Of a DNA stretch of 64,000 nt, positions 10,604-20,758 are shown piece by piece (the first letter of the stretch is position 1; every line of letters begins with the position of its first letter). This DNA comes from Chloroflexota bacterium (GTDB taxonomy: Bacteria; Chloroflexota; UBA11872; VXOZ01), in NCBI GenBank assembly GCA_964291655.2, contig OZ219802.1:864001-928000 (forward strand), in the 5' to 3' direction. Both the position numbers and the translations under genes were made by a program. Below the pieces are notes generated by a model. The model saw only the letters and a program-made list of their open reading frames with translations. It ran no database searches and was not told the origin of the DNA.

Positions 10604-11731
10604 CTAGTCGCTATCATCATCACTATCGACATCTTCCGAGCCGCTCTCGATTGGGGTATCGTCGGTTGGGTCAGTATCGGTAACTGTCACTGAAGTACCG
10701 TCATCCGTAGCCGTCGCCGTGGCGGTTGCTGTCTGGTCGCCTGTGGCAGTCGCCGTTGCCGTGTCGGTCGCAGTCGTTGTGGAGACATTCTGGCCGGGAG
10801 GCGTGTCGTCGGTACCAGTTTGAGTTGCAGAGGTGCCGTCGTCTGTCGCCGTAGCTGTTGCCGTAGCGGTCAGATCACCGGTTCCCGTCGCGGTCGCGGT
10901 CGCCGTCGCTGTTGCCGTGTCTGTGGCAGTCGCAGTCGCTACACTCTGACCTTCAGGCGTATCGTCCGTTTCGGTATGCGTCTCTGAGGTGCCGTCGTCG
11001 GTCGCGGTCGCCGTCGCCGTCGCCGTTTGATCGCCTGTCCCCGTCGCTGTTGCGGTTGCCGTTGCGGTTTCAGTGTCGTCGTCCAAGTCGTCAACATCGT
11101 CATCATCGTCAATCTTGTTGACCAAACGTAGGAGAACCGCCTCCCTACTATCGGGAGCCGTGGGATCTGTTCCCGGGGCCGGACTTGAGGGAGTTGTGGC
11201 TGGCTCGAGCGCCAAGCGCACAAGACTATCCGCCGACAGACCGTACGTGCCCTCCCACGTTGGCGGATCAAGCACGAATTCTCCATAATTACCGCTGTCT
11301 ATCCCGAAGAGTTCCACATCGTTCAAAGACTGTATGTGCAGTAATTGTGGCTCCGTCCACTCCGTTTCCCACTTAACCAGATAGATGGGATCGCCATCTT
11401 TCAGCAATCCGGTGGAAAGCCATGGATCGCCGATATCCAAGACCTGGAGCTCTTCTAAGCTGACCTCTACGCGCTTATTCCAGTCTATGAGACGCCCGGA
11501 AAGGGCGCGTGTATCGCCGCCCCAATGCAGGATGCCTTCCTCATCGGCAAACCAAAGGTGGGGAGTGCCCTGCAGGGAAACGACAGTGCCGGGAGGCAGC
11601 GTGACCTCCGCCTGCACTCCGAGGGCCGGAGAAAGTGCGGCAAAAACCAGGACAGCAAAGACGAGGACGCTTAATGGGCCCTGAAGGTACTTCACCGGGA
11701 ACTCCCATCCAGGCAGCGAACAAAGCCGCAC
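10604..11731 (-). CDS. Secreted protein with C-terminal Thr-Ala/Asp-rich repeat tail
   Basis: Hydrophobic signal ending VQA, globular N-domain, three TATATATAT-DDGTS-TDDTP super-repeats; true start probably GTG about 11695. Confidence 0.75.
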   Translation of the reverse strand: MRLCSLPGWEFPVKYLQGPLSVLVFAVLVFAALSPALGVQAEVTLPPGTVVSLQGTPHLWFADEEGILHWGGDTRALSGRLIDWNKRVEVSLEELQVLDIGDPWLSTGLLKDGDPIYLVKWETEWTEPQLLHIQSLNDVELFGIDSGNYGEFVLDPPTWEGTYGLSADSLVRLALEPATTPSSPAPGTDPTAPDSREAVLLRLVNKIDDDDDVDDLDDDTETATATATATGTGDQTATATATATDDGTSETHTETDDTPEGQSVATATATDTATATATATATGTGDLTATATATATDDGTSATQTGTDDTPPGQNVSTTTATDTATATATGDQTATATATATDDGTSVTVTDTDPTDDTPIESGSEDVDSDDDSD

Positions 11732-11879
11732 AATTCATGCAGCCTTTCGCAGGCTTTACTCTCTACCTTCAGCACACCCTAAATGAAAGAGGCTTGACTG
11801 TCAAATTTATAAACGTATATGAACCAGGATACAGTCTCCGGAACTGACAGTAATGTGCCTTGAACTAGGTGCTGTATGC

Positions 11880-13196
11880 TTACACCGGCGCGGGGAACGC
11901 GTCACAGAGATCGAGCACGTCCCGCTGTACCCGCTGCAACATGGCCGCGTCCTTGCGATTGTGGACTACCTCTGCCATGCCGGTCCCGATGCGCTGCATT
12001 TCTGGCACGCCCATGCCGCGCGACGTAACCGCTGGCGACCCAATGCGAATGCCGCTGGTCACGAACGCCGAGCGAGTCTCGCGCGGTACCGTGTTCTTGT
12101 TTACGGTGATGTTGGCCTTGGCCAGAGCAGCCTCCACCACCTTGCCGGAGGGTCCCTCTTTGCCAAAGTCCACGACCATGAGGTGGTTATCCGTGCCACC
12201 GGAGACAACGCGCAGGCCGTGCTCCATGAGAGTCGTGGCAAGCGCGTCTGCGTTTTCTAGGACGGACTCGCTATACGCCCTGAATTCCGGCGTCATCGCC
12301 TCCGCCAATGCTACCGCTTTGCCTGCCATGATGTGCATGAATGGGCCGCCTTGCAGGCCGGGAAATATCGCGCTATCCACCTTCTTGGCAAACTCCTCCT
12401 TGCAAAGGATTATGCCGCCGCGAGGCCCACGCAGCGTCTTGTGGGTGGACGAGGTTACGAAATGCGCGTGGGGCACCGGGCTGGGATGGAGGCCGGTGGC
12501 GACAAGACCGGCAATGTGCGCCATGTCCACCATGAAGAGCGCGCCGACGGAGTCTGCAATTTCTCTCAAGCGGGCGAAGTCAATGATGCGCGAGTAAGCC
12601 GTAGCCCCACCGACGATTAAGCGCGGCTGGCACTCGTGAGCGATGCGCTCCACCTCGGCGTAATCGATGAGCTCCGTATCCAGATTCACCCCATAGGGGA
12701 CGAAATTATAAACGAGTCCGGAAAAGTTCTTGGGGTGCCCGTGAGTGAGGTGCCCGCCTTGGGCTAGGGACATGCCCATGACCGTATCGCCGGGCTCCAG
12801 CATGGCAAGGTAGACCGCGGCATTGGGATTGGAACCGGAATATGGCTGCACATTGGCGTGTTCAGCGCCGAAGAGCGCCTTTGCGCGGTCGATTGCCAGT
12901 TGCTCGATCTCATCCACGAATTCGCAGCCGCCGTAATAGCGCCGTCCCGGGTAGCCTTCAGCGTACTTGTTCGTAAGAATAGAGCCGCACGCCTCGCGAA
13001 CCGCTACACTCGTGTAATTCTCGGAAGCGATGAGTTCCAGGTGGTCTTCCTGGCGTTGGCGCTCTTTCACAATCCATTGGTAGACTGCCGGGTCTTGCCG
13101 AGCGATTGACTCTAGTCCGGCGAGATCCTCTTGTACGGCGTTTGCAACGAAGTCGGCGTCTGCAACGAAGTTGGCGTCTGCGACGAAGTCGGCCAC
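11880..13196 (-). CDS. glyA: Serine hydroxymethyltransferase
   Basis: [43 protein letters not shown]. Confidence 0.98.
   Translation of the reverse strand: MADFVADANFVADADFVANAVQEDLAGLESIARQDPAVYQWIVKERQRQEDHLELIASENYTSVAVREACGSILTNKYAEGYPGRRYYGGCEFVDEIEQLAIDRAKALFGAEHANVQPYSGSNPNAAVYLAMLEPGDTVMGMSLAQGGHLTHGHPKNFSGLVYNFVPYGVNLDTELIDYAEVERIAHECQPRLIVGGATAYSRIIDFARLREIADSVGALFMVDMAHIAGLVATGLHPSPVPHAHFVTSSTHKTLRGPRGGIILCKEEFAKKVDSAIFPGLQGGPFMHIMAGKAVALAEAMTPEFRAYSESVLENADALATTLMEHGLRVVSGGTDNHLMVVDFGKEGPSGKVVEAALAKANITVNKNTVPRETRSAFVTSGIRIGSPAVTSRGMGVPEMQRIGTGMAEVVHNRKDAAMLQRVQRDVLDLCDAFPAPV
13143..13193. repeat. 18-bp x3 tandem repeat in the glyA 5' end
   Basis: tgcaacgaagtcggcgtc / tgcaacgaagttggcgtc / tgcgacgaagtcggc. 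Confidence 0.9.
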
Positions 13197-13491
13197 GTCT
13201 GGGTTTCCTTTCTAGTATTCACTTGTCCTGACGGCCAGTACTCCACACACTACGAATGTACGTAAATGGGGCAACATCTGCGCTCCATGATCCTGCCTTA
13301 ATCGTAGCACAGGGCCACACCCTACAGACCACCTTGCGTACCAAATTCGCCGGCATCCGCGAACGCGCAAACATGGTCGAACCTAGCAGTGGGAGCCCTG
13401 GAACCTTCATTGGCAAGAATCGCCTGTGCAGGTCATGCGACCTGCCAAGAGTTGGGGTATAGTGAGGTGAAGGGCGTGAAACGCTGCCGGC

Positions 13492-14823
13492 ATGGGAATA
13501 AGGCGGTGCTGGATGCAAGAGGCTGAACGTCAGTCAGAGCGTGGGACGGTACAGGTAGAACTGGAGCGGCCGCTCATCTTCGTGCTGACCGCCGCCATCT
13601 TGCTGCTTGCGCTAATCTCCGGCATCAACGTCCTCTACTCCTTCCTCTACGCCATGCTCGGCCTCATTGCCCTGAGCTATTTCTGGACGACCCGGAATAT
13701 CCGCAACCTAACCGTGGAGCGCCATCTTCTCTCCAAGTGGGCGACGCTCGGCGATGAGATTGTGGAGACGTTTCGCGTAGATAATTACGGTGCGCTGCCC
13801 GTGCTTTGGGTGGAAGTAAACGACCACTCAGACGTACCCGGTTACGAGGCCGGCATCGTCACCGGACTGGGGCCCCGCGAGCACCGGGAATGGAAGTCGC
13901 GCGCTGTGTGCAGCCGCCGCGGACTCTATCGTCTGGGGCCTTTGCGCGTGTTTACGGGCGACCCGTTTGGCATCTTCCGCGCCACCAAGGTGCTGCCGGA
14001 TGAAGCGACATTTCTCGTCTACCCGCCTATAACCGAAGTGCCGGGGCTTGCCCTGCCGACGGGACGCCAGACGGGAGAATCACGCTCCTTGCGGCGCGCC
14101 TTGCACCTCACCACCGATGCCGCCAGTGTCCGTGAATACGTGCCCGGAGACGCCTTGCACATCATTCACTGGCCCACCACTGCCCGACGCGGCCGCCTGC
14201 AGACGAAGGAATTCGATATGGAACCGGGCGGCAGCACCTGGATCTTGCTCGACCTGGATAGGTCGGTTCAGGCAGGTGAAGAAGATGAGTCTACGGAGGA
14301 ATATACCGTTAAGCTCGCCGCCGCATTGGTGTACCGCTTAATCCGTGAGCAGAAGTCGATTGGCCTAATTACTTACGGCGACGAGCAACGGGTCTTGCGC
14401 GCGAATAAGGGCAGCCAGCACATGTGGCGCATTATGGAAATTCTGGCGATCATTCGTGCCCAGGGCACTGCCAAGGTAGGAGAAGTGTTGTCTGAAGTCG
14501 CACCGCAAATCCGGGGCAGCATGAGCCTTATCGTCATCACACCAAGCACCGACCCCGAGTTGGCGCCAATCCTGGTTAATGTGTCCCGCAGAGGTATTCG
14601 ACCCACAGTGCTCCATCTGGTGCCGGAAACTTTCGGCAGCGCCAAGCCAAGTGCTCCATTGCAGAGTGCGCTTGGCGCCGCCGGGATCTCGTATATTGAA
14701 ATCGAGCAGGGGCAGGAGTTCCGCACAATCGCCTTGGAAAAGGGCGACGAGGATATCCGGCGCCGCGCACAAACAGTGGAAACCACCGCAACGGGCCGAG
14801 TCCATGGTATGAGCGCAGGCTAG
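13492..14823 (+). CDS. DUF58 domain membrane protein
   Basis: RRGLYRLGP..DPFG, VREYVPGD..IHWPTTAR..KEF. Confidence 0.9.
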   Translation: MGIRRCWMQEAERQSERGTVQVELERPLIFVLTAAILLLALISGINVLYSFLYAMLGLIALSYFWTTRNIRNLTVERHLLSKWATLGDEIVETFRVDNYGALPVLWVEVNDHSDVPGYEAGIVTGLGPREHREWKSRAVCSRRGLYRLGPLRVFTGDPFGIFRATKVLPDEATFLVYPPITEVPGLALPTGRQTGESRSLRRALHLTTDAASVREYVPGDALHIIHWPTTARRGRLQTKEFDMEPGGSTWILLDLDRSVQAGEEDESTEEYTVKLAAALVYRLIREQKSIGLITYGDEQRVLRANKGSQHMWRIMEILAIIRAQGTAKVGEVLSEVAPQIRGSMSLIVITPSTDPELAPILVNVSRRGIRPTVLHLVPETFGSAKPSAPLQSALGAAGISYIEIEQGQEFRTIALEKGDEDIRRRAQTVETTATGRVHGMSAG

Positions 14824-14827
14824 CAGT

Positions 14828-17287
14828 ATGGCGAACTTCGTTTACTCCGACACGTCGTCTGATGACAAGCCGAGCTTGCTTGAAACCTTGCTCCAGAACT
14901 GGCTAACCCTCCTGCTCTTGGCTGCCATGGTTCTGGTAAGTTCCTGGGCCATCCATCAGTCCGGCTGGGCAACAGGCACTGAAGCCATCTTTTCCACCGC
15001 CACAATCGGCCTGGCCGTGGGCTTTCTTGCCGCCCACACAACGTGGCGAACCCGCAAGGGCTGGCTAATTGGCGCTGCCATCGGCCTTGTCTATTGCTTC
15101 TTGCTCGTAAGTGAAGCCCTGCCGCCGGTCGACCGTGTTTTCCAAGACGCCTTTGCGCTGCTCCTGAATACGCTCACGTGGATCCTCGGCGCGTTGGGCG
15201 GTCTACTTGGTGGTCGCGGGGTGCCGCAACCGATTCCTCCGGTGGATGCGGTATCCACCTTTGTCACCAATGCCAGTGACTTTGGCGTTCGCTTAGTCGA
15301 TTGGACGCAGGCAGGTATCAGGGGCACCTACTCTGAGGACAACGGTGTGTTCGTTTTCTGGATCACACTCGTCGGTTGGGCAATTGGGTTCGTGGCGACG
15401 TGGGGTTTCTTCCGGCACAACGACGTGCTCATTGCGGCAATCGTACCCGGCGTCGCAATGGTCATCAATCTGGCTTACTCCGGCCAGGGGCGTTGGCCCT
15501 TCGTCCTGTTCCTCGCTGCGACGCTCCTGCTCATGGTGCGCTTGAATCTTCACGCGCTTCACAAACGATGGGAGTCACGCAAGCTCGACTATGCGACGGA
15601 AGTAGGACTGGACGTTTTGATTGCGAGCGTGATTCTGACAACCGCGATTACGTTCATGGCAACTATGGCCCCGCGAGTGGGCAGCAATCCGATATCAGAG
15701 ACGTTCTGGACTGTTTTCGGCGGTGAATGGTCGGAGATTGACAACACCACAAAGCGTCTGTTCTCAGGCATTCAGAATCCTACCGGCGTAGGTCTCATCT
15801 TGGGCTCCGACAATCGTCTCTTTAGCGGGCCAAGGCGATTCAGCCAACCGTACCGCATGTATGTGACAACAGACGAAAGAAACTTCAACGGCTACTGGCG
15901 TGGCGCTACGTTCGATGCCTATACCGGCTATACCTGGTACAACACCAGCGGAACGCTGCTCGACCGGAGAGCGAATGAAGAGCCTATTCCACCGCCTCCC
16001 GTGAGCTATCGTCGGCCGGCAACTTTCGCGTTCCGCATTGTGGATAGTCCGAGCGACATTGTCTTTGCGCCGGACTTTCCAACCAGCATAAGTATTCCGT
16101 ACCGTGTGCAGGTAGCGTCCACGGACATACCGCTCGACTATGACCTACTGCGTGCGCGACGCGTTGCGGTGCCCGACCTGGAGTATACCCTGGAGAGCCT
16201 GGTTACTACGGCCACAGAAGATCAACTCCTCAACGCCCAGGGCGAGGTCCCCGCGGAAATCCGCCGGTATATGCAATCGCCAAGGTTGCCACAGCGGGTG
16301 GTGGACTTGACGAAGACCGTTGTGCGCGGGAAGGAATCACAATACGAGAAGGCCCTGGCGATCGAGCTGTTCCTGCGGCGAATACCCTATTCGATTGCCA
16401 TTCCGCCACCGCCTGCGGACAAGGATGCGGTTGACTATTTCCTCTTCGAGGCTAAGCGCGGTTATGCGGACTACTATGCCAGCACCATGGTGGTCATGCT
16501 GCGCACGGTGGGCGTTCCTGCCCGCCTGGCCGTGGGATTCGCCACCGGCCGGTACGACGTGGCGCAACGAAGATTCGTCGTGACCGAAAAACAGGCGCAT
16601 ACGTGGCCGGAAGTGTATTTCGCAGGCCTTGGTTGGATTCCCTTCGAGCCCAGCCCCAACCAGACGCCTATTGACCGCGGCATTCTCGCCTCTGAGATCA
16701 GCGGCTCGGCAAACCCTGAACTTGACGAATTCTACGACGAGCTCGGTGATGAGGACTTCCTGGTTACCGGCGCGGCCACCGTGCTTGGCGGGAGCGTACC
16801 GGGAACTAGCATACTCGGGGTGGCAGTCCCCAATCTGCCCGATCTCCGCCCGCTACTTTTGGTTTTGGCCGCTATCGTCGCAGGCTGGTTCACCTATAGT
16901 TTTGTGCAAGAGCGGCGCATGAAACCCCACCAAATGGTGCGGCACGTTTACCGAAAGCTTGTGCGCGCCGGCAAGCTCGCAGGTATACCCGGCTCAACTG
17001 CGCTTACCCCCCATGAATACGGTTTTCGGTTGCTCAACGACATGCACGCGATTTCTGATAAGCGCTTTCCCGAAAGTGCGGTACGGGCGATCTGCGCGAC
17101 GTATGCGGAGTCGCTCTATAGCGGGCAAGGCATCTCATCAACGCAGAAGAACACGGCGGTCAAGGCCTGGAGGCGACTCCGTTGGCGGCTCTATCGCCGA
17201 GGACTACGCTTGGGGGCAAAGCGGCTCATTCCCTTCTTGCGCAAGAGAACGCCCGTCAGCGCATCTGCAAGCAGTACTCATCAGTAG
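14828..17287 (+). CDS. Membrane transglutaminase-like protein (TgpA/DUF3488 + DUF4129)
   Basis: Multiple TM helices, YWRG..FD, GYADYYAS, GVPARLAVGF, HTWPEVYF..GWIPFEPSP. Confidence 0.9.
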   Translation: MANFVYSDTSSDDKPSLLETLLQNWLTLLLLAAMVLVSSWAIHQSGWATGTEAIFSTATIGLAVGFLAAHTTWRTRKGWLIGAAIGLVYCFLLVSEALPPVDRVFQDAFALLLNTLTWILGALGGLLGGRGVPQPIPPVDAVSTFVTNASDFGVRLVDWTQAGIRGTYSEDNGVFVFWITLVGWAIGFVATWGFFRHNDVLIAAIVPGVAMVINLAYSGQGRWPFVLFLAATLLLMVRLNLHALHKRWESRKLDYATEVGLDVLIASVILTTAITFMATMAPRVGSNPISETFWTVFGGEWSEIDNTTKRLFSGIQNPTGVGLILGSDNRLFSGPRRFSQPYRMYVTTDERNFNGYWRGATFDAYTGYTWYNTSGTLLDRRANEEPIPPPPVSYRRPATFAFRIVDSPSDIVFAPDFPTSISIPYRVQVASTDIPLDYDLLRARRVAVPDLEYTLESLVTTATEDQLLNAQGEVPAEIRRYMQSPRLPQRVVDLTKTVVRGKESQYEKALAIELFLRRIPYSIAIPPPPADKDAVDYFLFEAKRGYADYYASTMVVMLRTVGVPARLAVGFATGRYDVAQRRFVVTEKQAHTWPEVYFAGLGWIPFEPSPNQTPIDRGILASEISGSANPELDEFYDELGDEDFLVTGAATVLGGSVPGTSILGVAVPNLPDLRPLLLVLAAIVAGWFTYSFVQERRMKPHQMVRHVYRKLVRAGKLAGIPGSTALTPHEYGFRLLNDMHAISDKRFPESAVRAICATYAESLYSGQGISSTQKNTAVKAWRRLRWRLYRRGLRLGAKRLIPFLRKRTPVSASASSTHQ

Positions 17288-17427
17288 CATCGCATAAGTA
17301 CAGAGCGCGTGGGCGCCACGCCGGCCGTTGCGCGTAGCGCATGCGCGATCGCCAGAGGTGAGCATATACTATAGAAGTCTCAATCTTTCGTCTTTCAAAA
17401 TATCAATGACGAGAAAGGATAGCGGAC

Positions 17428-17727
17428 TTGGGTCTTAGCGAAATTCGCGACATTGCGGTCATTGTGCTCGCCCTCGTGTCAGCACTCATGGCGTTTTCAG
17501 TCCTCTTTTTGGTACTGTCGGTAGTACGACTTGCCGGCACTATTCAGGACGAGATTAGGCCGCTGCTCCGATCTCTTACCGAAACCAGCAATACGGTAAA
17601 AGGGACGACTCAGTTTGTAAGCGAAGCCGTTGTGGGGCCCACTGCCAAGGCCGCAGGCAGGACCATTGGCATACTGCGGTTCACACGCACGCTAGTGGAT
17701 GCCGTAACACGTGTAAGGAAGAGATAG
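17428..17727 (+). CDS. Small membrane-anchored protein (DUF948-like)
   Basis: IRDIAVI + TM helix + amphipathic tail; upstream of YtxH gene. Confidence 0.7.
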   Translation: MGLSEIRDIAVIVLALVSALMAFSVLFLVLSVVRLAGTIQDEIRPLLRSLTETSNTVKGTTQFVSEAVVGPTAKAAGRTIGILRFTRTLVDAVTRVRKR

Positions 17728-17745
17728 CACAAGGAGCGCAAGTTA

Positions 17746-17943
17746 ATGCTAGGGTTTACGGTCGGATTTGCGATGGGAATTTCCCTTGGCATGGTAGTTG
17801 GCGGTCTATTGGCTCCGAGCAATGGAGAGACATTCAGAGAGAGCATTCGCCGCCAGATTGAAGTAGCCAGAACCGAAGCCGCGCAGGCGGCGCAAGACAC
17901 TGAACAGGAGCTCCTCGCCCGCTTCGAGGAAGCGAAGCAGTGA
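17746..17943 (+). CDS. YtxH domain protein
   Basis: GF..G...G...GGLLAPSNGETFRE motif; AAGGAG RBS. Confidence 0.85.
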   Translation: MLGFTVGFAMGISLGMVVGGLLAPSNGETFRESIRRQIEVARTEAAQAAQDTEQELLARFEEAKQ

Positions 17944-17950
17944 AGAGAGC

Positions 17951-18250
17951 ATGACGCTGGCACACTGGCGCGATATAGCGGTCCTCATCCTTGTCATCGA
18001 AGCGCTAATCGGCACCGTACTCTTCTTGGCCTTGACTCTCATTCTCGCGGGCATTGTACGCCGGTCCAACACTGCCCTGCGTGACGTGCTGCACAGTGGT
18101 CAAGCTCATGCGGCCAGTATTGCAGCACACACCGATGAGATTTCACGAGAGCGGCTTGTAAAGCCTGTGGTGCGCCTTCACGCGGCCCATGCCGGGGCGC
18201 GCGCCTTCCTGCGGAGCTTAGCAAAGAATGTGCCCATCCCTCATCGCTGA
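17951..18250 (+). CDS. Small membrane protein, similar in layout to 17428..17727
   Basis: WRDIAVL + TM helix; same operon. Confidence 0.65.
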   Translation: MTLAHWRDIAVLILVIEALIGTVLFLALTLILAGIVRRSNTALRDVLHSGQAHAASIAAHTDEISRERLVKPVVRLHAAHAGARAFLRSLAKNVPIPHR

Positions 18251-18397
18251 GGCCCGATAGTCGCATCGCCCCACTGCACCTGGCGCCGCGCATTGTCACG
18301 CCGCTCGATCACGCTACCTCAGCCATGGTCCGGCCGTGCAAGCGCACGCTGCCGCTGCTTGGCAGCAACCGTTTCTTGTCGCGGGGTAGGAGTTGCC

Positions 18398-19780
18398 TTA
18401 GGCGAGCTTATTGTACGCATCGAGCGCTGCCACTTTGTAGCACTCGGCGAGCGTGGGATAGTTGAAGACATTGTCCACAAAGAAGTCGAGCGTGCCGCCA
18501 AGGGCCATCGCCGTCTGTCCGATATGGACTAACTCTGAAGCGCCGGTGCCGAGCAGATGGACACCGAGTATGGTCCTGTCGTCAGCGTGAATGAGGAGTT
18601 TTACCAGACCATTTGGATCGCCGATGATTTGCCCGCGTGCAATTTCCCGGTACCTGGCCACACCAATCTCATAGGGGATCCCGGCCTCGCTCAGCTCTTT
18701 CTCGGTCTGTCCGACCATCGACGTTTCCGGAATCGTATATATCCCATACGGGAAGAGGTTTGAGTTAAAGGAGCCGCCTTCACCGAATGCGTGGCGGGCA
18801 GCCAGCCTGCCTTGTTCCATAGAAGATGCCGCCAAGGCCGGAAATCCAATCACGTCGCCGCAGGCATAAATATGGGGCACTTCGGTTTGAAACTGTTCGT
18901 TGACTTTCAGCCGTCCCCGTTTGTCCGCCTCCAGGCCGGCAGCGGCCAAGTTGAGTGTATCCGTGTTCCCCTGGCGGCCCCCAGCATAGAGAAGGTGGTC
19001 GGCCATAATCGTCTTGCGGCTGCGGGTGCGTGCGACAATGCGGTGCCCCTCATCGCTCACTCCCGCCACCTCTTCGCGAAATCGGAACGTAATTCCCGCT
19101 TCCCGCATGTGGTAGGAAAGCGCTTCCCGTATCTCTTCATCGATAAAGTCAAGCATCTCATCGCGCTGCTCGACGAGGGTTACATCTATGCCTAGCGCCG
19201 CAAAGATACACGCGTACTCTACTCCAATGACGCCCGCGCCGACGATTGCGAGACGCTTAGGGAGTTCCTGAAGCATATACACACCATCGGTATCGATAAT
19301 CGTTCGGCCGTTGAAGGGCACCATGGGGGAGCGCGCCGGACGGCTCCCTGTTGCGATGATGACGTGGCCCGCTTCAATTTCTTCCGCCTTTCCGTCTTCC
19401 AGGGCAACGGCGACATGGTGCGGGCCGGTAAATTCGGCATCTCCGTATAGAGGAGTCACACCGTTGCGAGAGAGCTGCACCTCTAATACGTCGGTCTCAT
19501 TCTTAATGACGTGCTCACAGCGAAACATCAAATCGGCAATCGTGATGTTTTCCTTGACCGTGTATGTGATCCCATAGATATTTCGCTCAAAGAACCCGGT
19601 AAGATAGAGCACGGCTTGCCGCAGGGTCTTGCTAGGGATTGAGCCGGCGTTTACCAAGTTGCCGCCCACGAAGCGTCGACGCTCAATAGCTACCACTGAC
19701 TTTCCGAGCTTCGCGGCTTGGATAGCTGCACGGAGGCCGGCAGGACCGGTGCCGATGACGACCAGGTCTACTTTTCGCAT
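18398..19780 (-). CDS. sthA: Soluble pyridine nucleotide transhydrogenase
   Basis: GTGPAG, GSIPSKTLR without CxxxxC, FNYPTLAECYKVAALD C-terminus. Confidence 0.93.
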   Translation of the reverse strand: MRKVDLVVIGTGPAGLRAAIQAAKLGKSVVAIERRRFVGGNLVNAGSIPSKTLRQAVLYLTGFFERNIYGITYTVKENITIADLMFRCEHVIKNETDVLEVQLSRNGVTPLYGDAEFTGPHHVAVALEDGKAEEIEAGHVIIATGSRPARSPMVPFNGRTIIDTDGVYMLQELPKRLAIVGAGVIGVEYACIFAALGIDVTLVEQRDEMLDFIDEEIREALSYHMREAGITFRFREEVAGVSDEGHRIVARTRSRKTIMADHLLYAGGRQGNTDTLNLAAAGLEADKRGRLKVNEQFQTEVPHIYACGDVIGFPALAASSMEQGRLAARHAFGEGGSFNSNLFPYGIYTIPETSMVGQTEKELSEAGIPYEIGVARYREIARGQIIGDPNGLVKLLIHADDRTILGVHLLGTGASELVHIGQTAMALGGTLDFFVDNVFNYPTLAECYKVAALDAYNKLA

Positions 19781-20029
19781 GCAATAAACTCTCTATGCAA
19801 GTGCATACCTATGTCACCTCAGTGGATCGGGCCGCTGACCGCTTCCGTACGATAGCAGGCCCTCTTCGCGCAAGCAGCGTGTGCTTGTGCCCATTACCTC
19901 GGTCAATCGTAGCCTACAAGAATCACCTCGATTGACCGCAATGCGCCTTACTCTTAAGTATACCTTCTTAATGGTGAGACGCAGCCCCTGCAGCGGTAGC
20001 ACCGCAACAATTAACCGTTTGGTAAAGTA

Positions 20030-20211
20030 CCGGCCGGCTCCCGGCCCGGCAACTCAAGGACTCACCACGGGGACGAGACCATTTCAGGCACATCCTTCAA
20101 TCGTGCGGCCCTATAGTGAGAACGCTGACGGTGAACACCGGGACGCACACCGGCGGCAACAGAGAATCTTGCCTGTAGTCACCGCCTCACCCGTCAGCAA
20201 GAGTCGGTCGG
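20030..20211. ncRNA. Candidate structured RNA of unknown family
   Basis: Several nested complementary segments in a 1-kb intergenic region (see findings). Confidence 0.3.
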
Positions 20212-20758
20212 GATACTGAAGTACCGAGATGAACGTCATCCGACTAGCCATTGCATCTCGGCCCTGCTATACTATTTTGGAGCAGGAACACCTCGTTCGC
20301 TCTGATTTCCTCGGCCTTGCACTGTTTTTCCGCACCCAATCTCCGCTTTCTTGCGTCCGTTGCATCGCTACCTTCCCAGGATTCCCAGATAAACCACCGT
20401 AGATTTGTGCTCTTGTTATTTGAGCTACCAGCATTCTCTCAAACTGCGGCTTGCCAAAGCATCGGCAATGGTGATTCGAATTGTAGCGAAAATTGATTTG
20501 CATAGGGATTGCCGCTGTTTTGGACAGCCTTGGTGAGTGCTTTGGGAGACTACAGTTCCATATGTACTTCCCGCCATGTGAATTGACCTTCTGAACTATT
20601 GTCCCACCCTCCATGTCCGGCCTTTACGTCTAATTTCCAATTGCTATCTCATTTCCAGTGATTGCACATCGTTGCGAAGTACATTACCGCCCACCATTCA
20701 CACTCTCTCTGCTGTGTACAAATCAGAATAGACCCAGTCAACGTCTTTGTAGTATGAG

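Noticed and set aside
13197-13330. ZTP, THF or glycine riboswitch upstream of glyA
   Set aside because: No recognisable consensus for these riboswitches.
20109-20120. ccctatagtgag resembles part of the reverse T7 promoter
   Set aside because: Only 12 nt match, the TCGTATTA part is absent and there is no vector context.
20267-20614. 115-aa minus-strand ORF in an AT-richer intergenic stretch
   Set aside because: No recognisable domain and atypical composition; cannot be supported.
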